Assembly: GCA_004431415.1 (NCBI GenBank)
Contig: QPMI01000469.1
Location: 186,001 to 250,000 of the forward strand
DNA from: Cyanophora paradoxa CCMP329
Taxonomy: Eukaryota > Plantae > Glaucophyta
Length of the DNA: 64,000 bases
Reading direction: 5' to 3'
Under the pieces are notes generated by a model. The model was not told where the DNA came from. It searched no databases and saw nothing but the letters and a program-made list of their open reading frames with translations. Both the position numbers and the translations under genes were made by a program. How positions within the stretch are numbered: the first letter of the stretch is position 1; each line of letters opens with the position of its first letter. Below are positions 39,701 to 51,092 of this stretch, in pieces.

Positions 39701-40568
39701 GGAGCGCGGCGGCCTTGCGGGCGCGCAGCGAGAGGCTGTCGAGCTCCTCTCCGAGGGACTGCGCGGGGGGTCGGCTCGGCCGGCGGCGCCGGCGGCGCGG
39801 GGCGCAGGGGGGCGCACGCGGGCGGTGATCTCGCTCGCGGTGCGCGCCGACTCCTGCGCCTCAGTGATCGACGAGAGCTGCCGCGACTCGACTGCCGGCC
39901 GGCCGCGTCGGCGCGCGCGACGAGGGCGGCGGGCGGGGGCGGGCGGGGCGCACATGCGACGTGGTGCGGGGCGGCGGCGTGGAGCGGGCTCCCCGCGTAG
40001 CGGATGCCCACATCGAGCGCGCCGACGCCGACCTTGACGAGCTCCATGCGCTGCTCCCCGCTCGAGAGGCCCCGCAGCTCGATCGCCCCGCGCCCGATCC
40101 GCTCGTCCGCCTCGCCCGGCTCCACCAGGTAGACCTGCGCGCCCTTGCCTCAGGCGAGCGCCGGCCCCGCTGCCGCCGCCAGACGCGCCTCAAACTCGAT
40201 CTTGGAAGGCGCCGCGGTGTGCGAGCGGTCAATCGGGTAGTCCAGCTCGTCGCCCCAGACTGGCGAGGCCGACGCCGCTACGAGGCGCGTTTTCCTCTCC
40301 TTGCTCCCGACTATCACGCGGATGAAGAGCTGCATCTTATCTGCGGCGTCGTGCTGGATTAACCAACGACTTGGAAGCGCCAGCAAGCGCTCGCTCTGGC
40401 GTTACTGTGCAACGAGTGTGATGCGTATTCAAGCACAGGTTTCAAGTTTAGGAATCGCGCTATGCGTGCAGCTCCGCCCAGGCGAGCCCAGGGTCTAAAG
40501 GCACCATCGCGGCTGCTTGTGAACGGGAAGCCAGAGCCCCCGTAGACTTCGACCGTGAGGACGTTCAT
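36794..40568 (-). CDS. C2 domain + two IQ motifs + coiled-coil protein (3' end approximate)
   Basis: MNVLTVEVYGGSGFP..LFIRVIVGSKERKTRLVAASASPVWGDELDY..IEFE|VYLVE..DERIGRGAIELRGL (C2). AVVTIQRFARGFLARQQ occurs twice (IQ). Coiled-coil C-terminus. Confidence 0.72.
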
Positions 40569-40848
40569 CTCTCCTCTGCTTCAGCCGCCCCTCAGATCGT
40601 CCGTAGCGGTTGCCCTGCAGCTACTAAGCTACTGGTTCTGGCCTAGGCTACTCTCGCTGGGCAATATCGTTGTATTCTGTCAATTTCAGCCTAGCGGTGC
40701 CTGCTCAGCCCAGAGAATGTGCATGTACGGGAACAGTCGGCGGCCGGGTACAAGGCCGTCCCTGCCGGTCATGGAACTTTCAGTCGGAGCGTCGAGGATG
40801 TAGCTCACAAGTGCGAATAGCTAACGCGCATCCTGAACCGACGGACCG

Positions 40849-43800
40849 ATGGCGCCGTTCGCGGAAGCGCTCGCGGAGGCGCTCGTTCGCGGCGAGAAAG
40901 CGGCTTGGAGCGACGTAGCCGCCTCTGTGCGTGCGGATGATTGGAACGACGCAGCCGCCTCAGTGCTCGTACGCGCGCCACCCGCGCAGCGCGCTTGCCA
41001 CCTGACCGCACTGCAGGCTTCGCCGTTCGCGCGGGAAGGGCTGCCTGCAGCTGCAGTAGAAGCGCTTGCGCGGCGCCTGCACGCACTGGATGCTGCGAAA
41101 TGGGCGGCGTCGTTCGGTCAAGACATGCTTGTGAGGCTCATGGCGCACGGTGGCGGCCAGGGCGGCGGTGCGACCCAGAGCCGCACGCTGCAGCTGGTTG
41201 TGTGCGTGCAGCGGCTGCGGCGGGAGCTGGGCGTGGAGCCGGCGGTGGCGCCGCTGGAGCTGGGGCTGGTGCGGGAGATGCTGCGGCGGGGGCGTGCGGG
41301 TGAGGTGGCGGAGCGCGGCGTGCAACTCCACGTGCGCCGAGCCGCCTGCAGCGCCTCCCACGCACTTTCACCGCGTCGTTGAGACGGGCATACACGCAGC
41401 TGGTGGCGGCGTGGGAGGCGCTGCAGGCGGCCGGGGCGCTGGACGAGGAGGCGGCGGGGGACGCCCTCCGCGCCGCCGTCCGCTGGCTCGCCGAGCTGCG
41501 CCCCGCCCGCGGCGAGGAGGCGGCCGCCTTCACCCGCGACAACCTCCGCCTCGCGCGCGCCGCCGCCGCCCTGCTCGGCACCCCCGAGCGCGCCCGCCTG
41601 GGCCTCCACGAGCTCCTCGCCACCCTCCTCGCGCCCCGGAGCGCCCCGAGGGGGCGGCGGCGAGGGGGGCCGGCCCTGCAGCCCCTCGCCGCCCTCCTCC
41701 AGCGGCTGCCGGCCGCCCAGCACGGGCCCGACGCCGCCGCCTTCATCCAATCCGTCGCCCCCCGCCTCCCCGACGCCGTCCGCCCCCGCCCGCCCGCCCG
41801 CCGGCTCCCGCGGGGGCCGACGCGGCGGCAGGAGCTGGCGGCCGCCCTCGGCGCCTCCTCCGCTGGCCCCTCGTCCCCGCCGTCGGTGCCCCGCCGCCCC
41901 CGCGCCGGCCGCCGGGAGCCGCCGGGGCCGAGGGCGGGGCGGGGCGCAGGGGCGTGGGTGGAGGTCCTCGTGGGGGCCCTCAAGGCCGCCGCCCGCTTCA
42001 CCGCTCTCGAGGCCGCCGTCAGCTCCGCCATCCCGCCCCGTCCGCCCGCCCCGCCCCGCCCGCTGCCGCCCGTGGCGCCGGCGCTGAGCGGGCGGGGCAG
42101 TGCTGGCGGGGCGGGGGCGGCGGGGACGCGGGGAACGGCGCTGCGGCTCCTGGCGGGGGCGCTGCTCGGGGCCACCGGGCGGGGCCCGCCCTCTTCCACG
42201 CCGCCCTCGCCGCCCCGCCCTTCCTCGACGCCCTCCGCCGCCTCCGCGCCGAGCAGCCGCCCGCCCACGCCGCCCTCGCTCCCCTCCTCCACGCCCTCGT
42301 GCGCCCGCCCGGCCGCCCCGCCCGCCACGCCCCGGGGCGCGACGGGGGGCAGATGTACGCGCACCCGGGGCGGCCCGAGCTCTACGTGCCCCTCCTCGAC
42401 GCCTTGGCCCCCGAGGCCCGCACGCCCTCCCACGCCCCCGGCCTCCCGGCTCACACTCGTCCGCAGGCGCCCCCGCCCGAGGCCGAGATGCGCGCCATCC
42501 TCGCCGACGCCGCGTGGCGGCCCGAGCCGTGCCCCGGGGCCGCCCCGCTCGCCGCGCCGCTCTGGGCCTGGGCGGGGAGGAGGAGGGCCGGGGCGCGGGA
42601 GCCCGGCGAGCGGGCGGGGCTCGTCAACCTCGGCAACACCTGCGCGCCCCGCCCGCCCGCCCGCCCCGCCCCAGCCCTCCCGGCCTGACGCCCCGCAGGC
42701 TTCGCCAACGCCTTCCTGCAGGCCCTCTTCCACACCGCCCCCTACCGGTCCGCCCGCCCGCCCCGCACCCTTCCCCCGCCCAGGACCGCCTGAGGGCGGG
42801 CAGGGAGGGCGTGCTGCAGGCGGGGCCGCGGGCGGGGCCGGGGCGGGGGAGGCGGCGGTGGCGGGGCGGCTGCAGGAGGTGATGGCGCTGCTGCGGGACG
42901 GGGCGCGGCGGGCGGTCGCCCCGGGGCGCTGGTGGCGGCGCTGCCGGAGTGGCTGCGGGACGGGCGCCAGCAGGACGCCGCCGAGTTCGGCCGCACCCTC
43001 CTCGACGCCGCCGACGCCGCCCTCGGCCCCGCCGCCCCCGCCCACCAGGCCCCACCCGGAGCCGCCCCCGCCGCCGCCGGCCCCGAGGCCCCCGCCGAGC
43101 GCCCGCCCCTCCGCAGGAGGCTGCGTCGGGCTCGGGCGGGGCGGGGCGGGGCGGGGCGCTGGGGGAGGCTGTGTTCGGGGGCGTGCTGCGGACGGTGGTG
43201 CGCTGCGGGCGCTGCGGGGCGGAGTCGGCGCGCTCGCAGCCCTTCCTCGACCTCCCCGTCCCCGTCCCCGCCGAGGCCGGCCCCGCCCCCGCCCCCCTGG
43301 AGGCCCTGCTCGAGGCGGCGCTGGCGCCCGAGGCGCTGGGGGACCCCTACCGCTGCGAGCGCTGCGAGGCGCTCGTCCCCGCGACGCGGCTCACGGCGGT
43401 CGAGGCCGCCCCCGCGCACCTTCTCGTCACCCTCCTCCGCTTCGCCTACGACCCCGCCGCCGGCGAGCGCGCCAAGCTGCTCACCCCCGTGGCCCTCCCC
43501 GAGCGCCTGCGGCTCCCCGGGGCGGGCGGGGCCGCCTACGCCCTCTACGCCGCCGTCCTCCACTCGGGCCGTTCGGCGGCGCACGGCCACTACTACGCCG
43601 CCTGCCGCGACTCGGGCGAGCCCGGCGGCGCCTGGGCCCTCCTCAACGACTCGGCCGCCGCCGCCTCGAGCTTCCCCGCCCTCCAGGGCATCCCCGCCCG
43701 CCTCCTCGCCGATACCGCCTACATCCTCTTCTACGCCCGGGAGGACCCGCCGGCCCCCGCGGCGCCCCGCCTGCCCCTCCCGCCCCGCCTCGCCGCCCTC

Positions 43801-43950
43801 GTCGCCGCAGACTCCGCCGCCCTCCACTCCGAGGCCGCAGCCCGCCGCCGCGCCCTCCCAGGGGCCCGCCACCCCGCCTTCCCCCCGGGGCCCGGCCCGG
43901 GGCCCGGCGCCGGCCCCGGAGGCGGCCCGGGGCCCCGCGCCATCTTCTAG
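40849..43950 (+). CDS. Ubiquitin-specific protease (peptidase C19), USP35/USP38-like, with helical N-terminal region
   Basis: Cys box GLVNLGNTC|FANAFLQALF; QQDAAEF; Zn fingers CGRC and CERC; His box HSGRSAAHGHYYA..WALLNDS; TAYILFY. Confidence 0.88.
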
Positions 43951-44478
43951 ATCCAGCGCCCCCGCCGCCGTTCATCACGAATCGAAACAGAAGCATCGTG
44001 CGCTGCCGCAGCCTGGCAGTGCGGCATGCGCACTCAGGCATACTAGTGTATGAATTCGCACGCACCGAGACAAATGGCTATGAATAGAACTCTCGCAGTT
44101 TAGTGACCGGATCCGGGATCCATCTAGATCTGTTCAAGTCGAGAGATGCCATGATGAGCCAACAGGAACAAGCTTTTCAGACTCTGAGACGTCGAAGGCT
44201 CATGATCATGATCAGGGGCTGCCCCGAGGACTAGGTCTAGCGCTGCGCTAGGGGGAAGGGAGTGACTACCCGATCGAGGGCCGAGGCTAAGGTCTGTGAC
44301 TAGACCGACAGCTACGAGGGTGCTGGCCTCTGGGCGCCTCCGATGCGAACGAAATATAATGAAGAGAAGCGGCATCCAATAAATGATATAAAATATGTTT
44401 GGTGTGAAGCAGCGAGGAAAGAGAAGAAAGACGATATCGATAAATCTAGAAGAGCGGGCTCGAGACTGGCCGGCGCCC

Positions 44479-45050
44479 TCACGGGGCCTGTGGCTGGCCT
44501 GATTGAGGAGCGGAGGCGGCAGACGGTGAGGGAGCTCGAGGAGGAGAAGGCGGCGGTGGCAGCGAGCCCTGGGTCTCGGGCCACTGAGGGGGAGTCGGCG
44601 AGGAATCCGCTGATGGGAGCCGCTCCTTGAAAACGCTGATCTGTAGGCGAGAGAGCGGGTCGGCGAGCGTGTTCTCGAGGCCCGGGACGTGTACAGCGCG
44701 AAACTCGAAATGGTGGAGGGCGGAAAGGCGGTAGAGGGAGCGGAGGAGGGGAGCGAGGGCCGGCTGCGAAATGCGGCCGCCGGAAAGGGCATGGAAGCTT
44801 AAGACAGGTTTACAGTCGGTTTCAAAAATAATTCGCTGCTGCTGCCAGCTGGGGCCCCAGGTCGCCGCTGCGATGACGAGGGCCATCAGCTCGCGCCAGG
44901 GCATGCTGCGAGTCGTGCCCTCTGGCCAAGATCCGAAGGTCCACGAGCTGCCGAAAACTGCGCCGAAGCCGAGATTGCTGGCGTCGGTCTGGATTCGCAG
45001 CACCTTGGCCGACTGCCAGTCAGACGTGTACAGCGCGAAACTCGAAATGG
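44479..45050 (-). mobile_element. DIRS/Ngaro-type (tyrosine-recombinase retrotransposon) RNase H fragment
   Basis: Intronless IQTDASNLGFGAVFGSSWTFGSW..WRELMALVIAAATWGPSWQQQRIIFETDC..HVPGLENTLADPLSR. All four acidic residues (D,E,D,D) are present, in the spacing typical of DIRS-class RNase H. No RT or YR ORF is adjacent. Confidence 0.8.
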
Positions 45051-45148
45051 GCGAGGGCCGCGGGCCGCGGGCGAAAGGGGAAGCAGAGAAGCTAAATCTT
45101 CACTCGGTGAGTCTGAGCCACTCTCAGGCTCTAGATCTGTACACGCAA

Positions 45149-47720
45149 CACAGCGGTTCAAGAACCGGGAAGAAATTCCAGTGGAAAACCTCCGCAAGTA
45201 CCGTGAAAAAACTCGAAGGGACCTCGAAAGTACAAAGCGGGGTAGAGGCAGCTAAGGTACCGAGTTACTTCCGGCACCGAAACCAGGATCGGCCACCAAA
45301 ACAGCGTCGGCCCGAAGTCTTGTCCGAGGCCGTAGCTAGGCGCTCCCGCTGCAGCAATGGAGTCATATCGATCAATACAGGTGTCTCTGATGCCAAGCGC
45401 GCGCCCCCGAAGCGATTCAGGTGCAGTCCGAGCGAACTGCGTCGTCCCACTCGTTTGACGCACTCCGAACAGCAGCCAGGTCGCCGGAGAGTACAGGCAG
45501 TCCGAATGTGGGCTAATGGCTGTCGAGCAGCGCAGGCAGGTGCTGTTTTTCAAAGTTGCCGCTAACGGTCACATTGCACTGAGCCAATTCCGGCCGCAGG
45601 CAAGCTCTCCTGCTGGCTGAAACGCATCTAATGACACTGTACAGCAGGCCAGAGTGCTGCGCCGCTGCCGCCGCTGCCGATTAGGTGTGGTGCTGTCGCC
45701 GCCGCCGCCGCCCCACTCTTTTAACGTAGCGCAGATCATGCAGACCAGCTGACATGCAAGCCGTGTCGTCGGTAGAAGCAGATTCTGTCTTCTTGGCCGC
45801 CCGCCTTCATGGTCCGCCGCCCGCTTGCATGCTCTCGACCGTCGGACCGTCCGACTGACGCACGGCCTGCACCGATTGCAGCTAGCACGGCTGGCGGCAG
45901 CATGCTATAGCAGAGCTTTCTGAGCGGTGCAGCAATGCCGCGGTCCGTTCGGTTTCCTTTTTCCGGTTGTCCGCTCTGTCTCCGCCTGCTGACTATGATC
46001 GTACGCAGCCAGACGGTGCTGTGCCAGTGCTGTTCTGATGGTTTAGAAGCGGTTGTGTTGTTTCGGCGGAGCTGCTGCATCGACGAGCAGCCCGGCCGCC
46101 TCGCTAGCGCTCCGCCGGCCGGCCGGCCGGTGCTTCTCGAACCCTGCCGCTTCTAGCTGCTGCTTGCCCCGCACTGCTAGCGCTAGATAGCGTGGCTTTC
46201 AATATCACTGGAGCGCAACTACCGCAGCCAGGCCGCTCTAGATCTGCTGCCGTCTGGCAGGTCGCGTCCTGTGGGCGCTGTTCGGCCTAGCCTAGGATTC
46301 TGTGATCTGTTCGTGTTTTAGCGAAGAACACACTCTCACATCCAGTCTCAGCTCGCACGGCGCAGCTTGGGGCTTGGTTTGTTCTTTTGGGATCAGGGCT
46401 CTTGCATCCTGGCGCGCGTACGCGTACTGCAGCAGATCTGAGCATGCATGTGGGCATATTATAGCTTGCCCGAGCCTTGGATCACGCGGCGCCGCGCCCA
46501 GCAAGCCGAGGAAGCTGGTCCGCGGGGCCCGCACCCCGTCCACTTCGCACGCCGTCATTCAATGCCTGGTCCGTTGCGAGCCCTCCGAGGCCTTGCATTG
46601 AAGAGGGAACTCACTTTGACACCGCGCGAACGTTCCGGGGATGAGCTCCGCGACGTTCCCTTGACGCGCGACGCGCTGATCCAGTGACTCATGATCAGTG
46701 ACATGTGGTGCGGGGTAAGCGAGTTCGCGACTCGCGATCGGCGACGTGAAAGCTGCAGGCGAGCTGTATATGGCCTTATTTAATGGTATCATGCTTAGTT
46801 ATAGCTGCCGCCACACTTGCCAAGTTGCCAACTTCTCGACCTTCTTCCATTCTGAAATGGCAGGTCAGTTTCATGCAAGTCAGGTAGGCTGTTTTGAAAT
46901 ATTTTGATGCGGTTTTTTGGCAAATCTTCGGAGGCGGCGCGCGCGCTTCCGCCGGCTGCTTCTATGCATTATAGGCCGTAACTGATGTATTTTGGAGCTT
47001 TATAGGCTGCCGGGGCCGCGCGCGACCCTCGTCCTCCTGGCATTGGCACTGTCACTGAGCCTGGGAGCAGGAACGGTTTTCAGAGCCAAACATGGACATG
47101 CGGCGCGTGCGCTTCACATTACATCGTCATTGCACTGTTACAAAACTCTAAAAGCCCTAAAAGTGTATCTCGCCGCGCCCGGCCGCGCCCGGCCGCGCCC
47201 GGCCGCGCCTCTGCCAGCCTCTGCCACCCGCGCCGCGCCGCGCCGCCCCGCGTCAGCTCTTCCGTCCGCCGCGCGGCCTTAGCTTAAGCTTGTTGGCCTC
47301 CGCGCGCCAAGTCTAGTTTTTTTCGGGTTCGCGATCGCGTGGCGATCGAGTGGCGATCACACGCCGATCATCATAGCGGGAAAAAACGAAAATTTTTATC
47401 GGGACAATCGATAATTCCATCGGGACAACCCCACGTAGTTTGACACGCTGATCACGATGGTGCTAACCGCATGACCTGCAAAAATCGCTGTGGAGCTATA
47501 TAAATCGCCGAAGGATTCTTCCTTTCGCTGCGGCGATTTATCCCCGGGGTCGAACTGGGGGGGTTGGGCTCGGGATACGTGATTTGTTTTTGCAATTTTT
47601 TCGACTCGGCTTTGACGTCAATTTGACGGTTCGCCGGTAGCTCGGAGGCTTTTAGCTCCTAGACCCGGCTCTTTGCGGTAAGTGCGACTGGAGTTTTTTC
47701 ACGGTCCTTGAACCGCTGTG
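45149..47720. mobile_element. Non-autonomous CMC-like (CACTA/Mirage/Chapaev) DNA transposon, 2572 bp
   Basis: 34-bp TIRs CACAGCGGTTCAAG(A/G)ACCG(G/T)GAA(G/A)AAA(T/C)TCCAGT with 4 mismatches; 3-bp TSD CAA (45146-45148 / 47721-47723); no transposase ORF seen. Confidence 0.8.
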
Positions 47721-48458
47721 CAAGCTACGCGTACGGCCCGTCGTGTCGCCGGCACCGTGTCACGGCGGGCCCGGGGCGCGCGCCGCGGCTAGCGCTGGGG
47801 GTTCGCTCGTCCGGATCCGGACCCGGGATCCGGAGCGTGCCCGGTGGCCTGCATGCAGCTGGTAGCTATAGATCATGATCAGCTAGATCTAGAGCGGCCG
47901 GGCTCCGAGGCTCAGAGAGTCGGTTGAAGGCTAGGGTGGTCGGGGCTCAGTCATGATTAATATTAGTGAGTCGGAGAGAGGGGGGGGGGGGGGGGGGGGG
48001 AGGGAGCTGAGGATTCGGTGCGGGACCCGGGAGCTCGAGGGGACGGCCGCGGGGAAGGACGTCGACCGGGTCGATCAGGCAGCCGCGGTCGGGGGGGGTC
48101 CCGGGGAAGGGAGGGGGGGGGGGGGGAGGCTCGAGGTTCCAGTACTAGTGGCGCATTCCGCCGGGTTTCCAGCCACCTGTGGATGCACTGCGGCACTCGA
48201 GCTCCGTGACTGTCTCAACTTATGAAGCACGTATAAATCAAGTGTCTGTGCTCGAAATCGTGTAATATTAATTACTTTAAAGCACGGCATGGTGATACAA
48301 AGATACTTATCGAGTATCGAAATCAAATCAAGCCCAATCTTCAAGCTAAACATACTGCTGCCTGCATTGAAACTGTGCTGAAAAAAAGGGGGCACTTGGT
48401 ACTACGGTAATAGCTGGCGTTGTCAAAGGCCAGCGTGCTCAGCGGCTGGGGGCAGCGG

Positions 48459-49618
48459 TCAGGCGGCAAACGGGGGAAGGCGGGAGAGGCGGTGAGCGAG
48501 GGCGTCGGGGCTGGAACGGGCCCCGCTGCAGGCGCGCGGGGCCTGCGCGCCGGCCGCCCGCGAGTGGTCGAGGTCGCGCCAGTATCCGGCGGCCTCGTGG
48601 TCGGGGGCCGGGGCACGGGCCCGCGCGGGGCGGGGGCGGGGCGGGCGGGGGCCGGAGGGCGGCGTGGCGGGCCATGAGGGCGGCGTGGGCGCGCTGGGCG
48701 CGGAGGGAGCGGTCGGAGGAGGGGGCCGTGCTGAGGGTCGAGGAGCGCGAGGTGGCCCCCCCCGAGGCCTCGCTCTCCGCCGCCTCCGCCACCACCCCCT
48801 CGCCCCACGGCACGCAGTCCCCCGCCTCCCACCCCTCGTCCCCCGCCGGCACCGGCGTCTCCCGCGCCGACCCCTCCCATCCCCTCCCCGCCCGCCCCGC
48901 CCCCGGCCCCTCCTGCCTCCTCGAGCTCCCGCCCTTGGGCGACCGGCCCGCTCCCATCCTCCTCCGCACCGACAGGTACGCCCGGTAGTGCTTGTCTGCG
49001 GATCCGAAGGGTCGACGAGGGCCTTACCGAGGCCCGAGGGGGGACTGGGCGTCGACGGCGGACGGCGGGGCGCACCGAGCGGGTGCTCCCACTGGCTCAC
49101 GTCGGTCTCATCGTTGTAGAAGTAGAGGCGCCCCTGCCCGTCGTCGATCTGGCGCCACGGCGCCGGCAGCGGTGCGTCGTAGCTGCAGATGGATTTTATT
49201 GGCGCGTTGATCGAGACAGGACAATTTTGGTCGGTCCGGAAAACATACGCTTCTTCGGCGATGGAGAGCAGGTGCGGCTCCAGCTCAGGGTCAATGCCAA
49301 GCGTGTGCACTGCGAACGAGACTATCTCCTGCAACGCAAGGCTCAGCACGCTTGCACGAGCTATAGCTACGCTGAGCCGCGAGGGCGCACGTCCTCATAG
49401 TCGGCAGCCAGCCTCCGAACAACGGTGCGCTCCGCGGGAACCCCGGCATCGTCGACGGGCATCTCGGGTGTTAAGTAGTCTCTCTGCGTAGGAGACGTGC
49501 TGCTTCCCCGACTCGACGCCCAGCGGGCGGTCGAAGACGAGCGAGGCGCGCTTCCGATTCCGGCGCCGTCATCGGCCGCACCGGGCTCCCCCGACGCGGA
49601 TCTAGACGGGCTCGGCAT
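48459..49618 (-). CDS. CEP164-N-terminal-like WW-domain protein, paralogue 1
   Basis: RLAADYED|EIVSFAVHTLGIDPELEPHLLSIAEEA|YDAPLPAPWRQIDDGQGRLYFYNDETDVSQWEHPL|DKHYR. Confidence 0.8.
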
Positions 49619-50075
49619 TGCAAAGCTTGCTGCCTCCTTGAGACGCAGCTTGAGGGCGCGGGGAGGCGGCGCTGGTTTATTCCTGCACGATGCTTCCTCG
49701 GTTCAAGTTAGCTGTGGATCCCGGAGAGCTCCTCGCGAAGCTAGACCAAGGCGAAGGTTCGATGGATGATCTGCTGTTGCTTGCTGCTGTTGCTGCTGCT
49801 CCCGGAGTCCTCAGCTGCTGCTGCTCAGCTGCTGCTGCTGCTCATGATCATCAGCTGCATGTTGAGCAGCTAGCGCTTCATCGATATCAGTGTTGCTCTA
49901 GCAAGCGCTCAGGTGGCCATTGCCCATAGCCACGTACCCGGCAGTACTAGTACGAACGGCGCCGCCGCGCCGCTTTTGATGAACTATTATCATTATCGAC
50001 CCGCGGCCGGCCCAAATTATAATGTTATATATATACAATATTGAGTAAAGATTCAAAACACTTATTACATATACC

Positions 50076-50140
50076 CGCGCTTTAGCGCAGTGGTATAAGG
50101 TCGTGCTACGACCTCCCGGATTCCCGGGTTCGGTTCCTGC
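50076..50140 (+). other. Degenerate tRNA-derived sequence (A box/B box) in an AT-rich island
   Basis: A box TAGCGCAGTGG (50083-50093), perfect hairpin AGGTCGT-GCT-ACGACCT (50098-50114), B-box-like GGTTCGGTTCC (50127-50137). No acceptor stem. Confidence 0.35.
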
Positions 50141-50520
50141 TGTTTCCGCTACGTTGTACTTCGAATCCTTGTGATTCCCGATACCGTGACTTGTATCCTC
50201 GTTGTGTACTACGAGTGGGCACGCCCACCGTAGATCTTTAAAAAAAAAATTATTACATATAGCTATTTCTTATAATTATTTTCTCGTGCGCAAGCGGACC
50301 GTCAACTCGAAGATTCGTGATGAATCCGGATCGACCAGCCAGGAGGGTACAGATTAATTTTGTGCTATGAATTCGAAAAAACACACCGAAACATTCGCGA
50401 TTGGCGCACCGATTGCGAGCTTCACGGCTTGCGAGCTTGCAATTGCGATCGAGTTGGATCCGGAGTCGACGTCTGGACTCCGGGAATCCGGATCCGGAGT
50501 CCGGATCCGGACCGGCGCAA

Positions 50521-51092
50521 CTGTAAGGCTATTATTTTAGACGGGTACCGGTATTAATATAGACGCGGTATAATATAGGTAACCCGTTCGTCTAACTTAA
50601 TCCTGTGCCGAAGGGGGGTATATCATAGTACCGCCTGTATGGAGCAGGCAGCAGCTAGAGGTGGGGCTCGAGCCGGGCTGGCTCGAGCCGGGCCGGGCCG
50701 GGCCGAGGGGCCGGCCGGCTCGAGCCGGACCTCTGGCCACGCGGGCCGGCTCGAGCAAGCCGGCTCGAGGGGTATGGCGCGGCTGGCTCGAGCCAGGTCG
50801 GGTTTTGTTATGGGCGAGCCGGCGAGCCGGCGAGCCGGCTGGCTATTGTATATAGGTTTTTATTATATATATCGAATAATATATAAAACAAGGACTGTGT
50901 ACCCCCGACCTCGGGCCGGCTCGAGCCGGCCCGCGGCTCGAGGGGTGTCGGCTCGAGCCCGGCTCGAGCCGCCGATTTGCGCTCGAGCCCCACCTCTAGC
51001 AGCAGCTCGTCTAAATTTGTCCATGGCCACGTCTATTGTGGTGGGTGGGCAAACGTCTAAGTTTGAACCCGTCGATAATAATAGCCTTACAG
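50521..51092. mobile_element. Tc1/mariner (pogo-like) MITE, interrupted by a hAT MITE
   Basis: 26-bp TIRs CTGTAAGGCTATTATT(T/A)T(A/C)GACGGGT with 2 mismatches; right flank TA, left flank AA; internal CGTCTAA repeats. Confidence 0.72.
50656..50998. mobile_element. hAT-superfamily MITE, 343 bp
   Basis: Perfect 18-bp TIRs TAGAGGTGGGGCTCGAGC; perfect 8-bp TSD GCAGCAGC (50648-50655 / 50999-51006); many subterminal GGCTCGAGCC palindromes; AT-rich core. Confidence 0.92.

Noticed and set aside
35794-40125. 1443-aa ORF and many other long Arg/Gly/Pro/Ala-rich ORFs (e.g. 3712-5049, 22558-24042, 41138-43045)
   Set aside because: These result from stop-codon scarcity at extreme GC. They read through introns or are antisense shadows of the real spliced genes.
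45149-47720. Classification as a true Transib/ProtoRAG element
   Set aside because: The flanks support only a 3-bp TSD (CAA), not 5 bp, and no RAG1-like ORF is visible.
47935-48412. Possible pogo-like element ending in ..TACGGTA, with long G-runs
   Set aside because: No matching left TIR was found. The G-runs may form G4 but have no supportable function.
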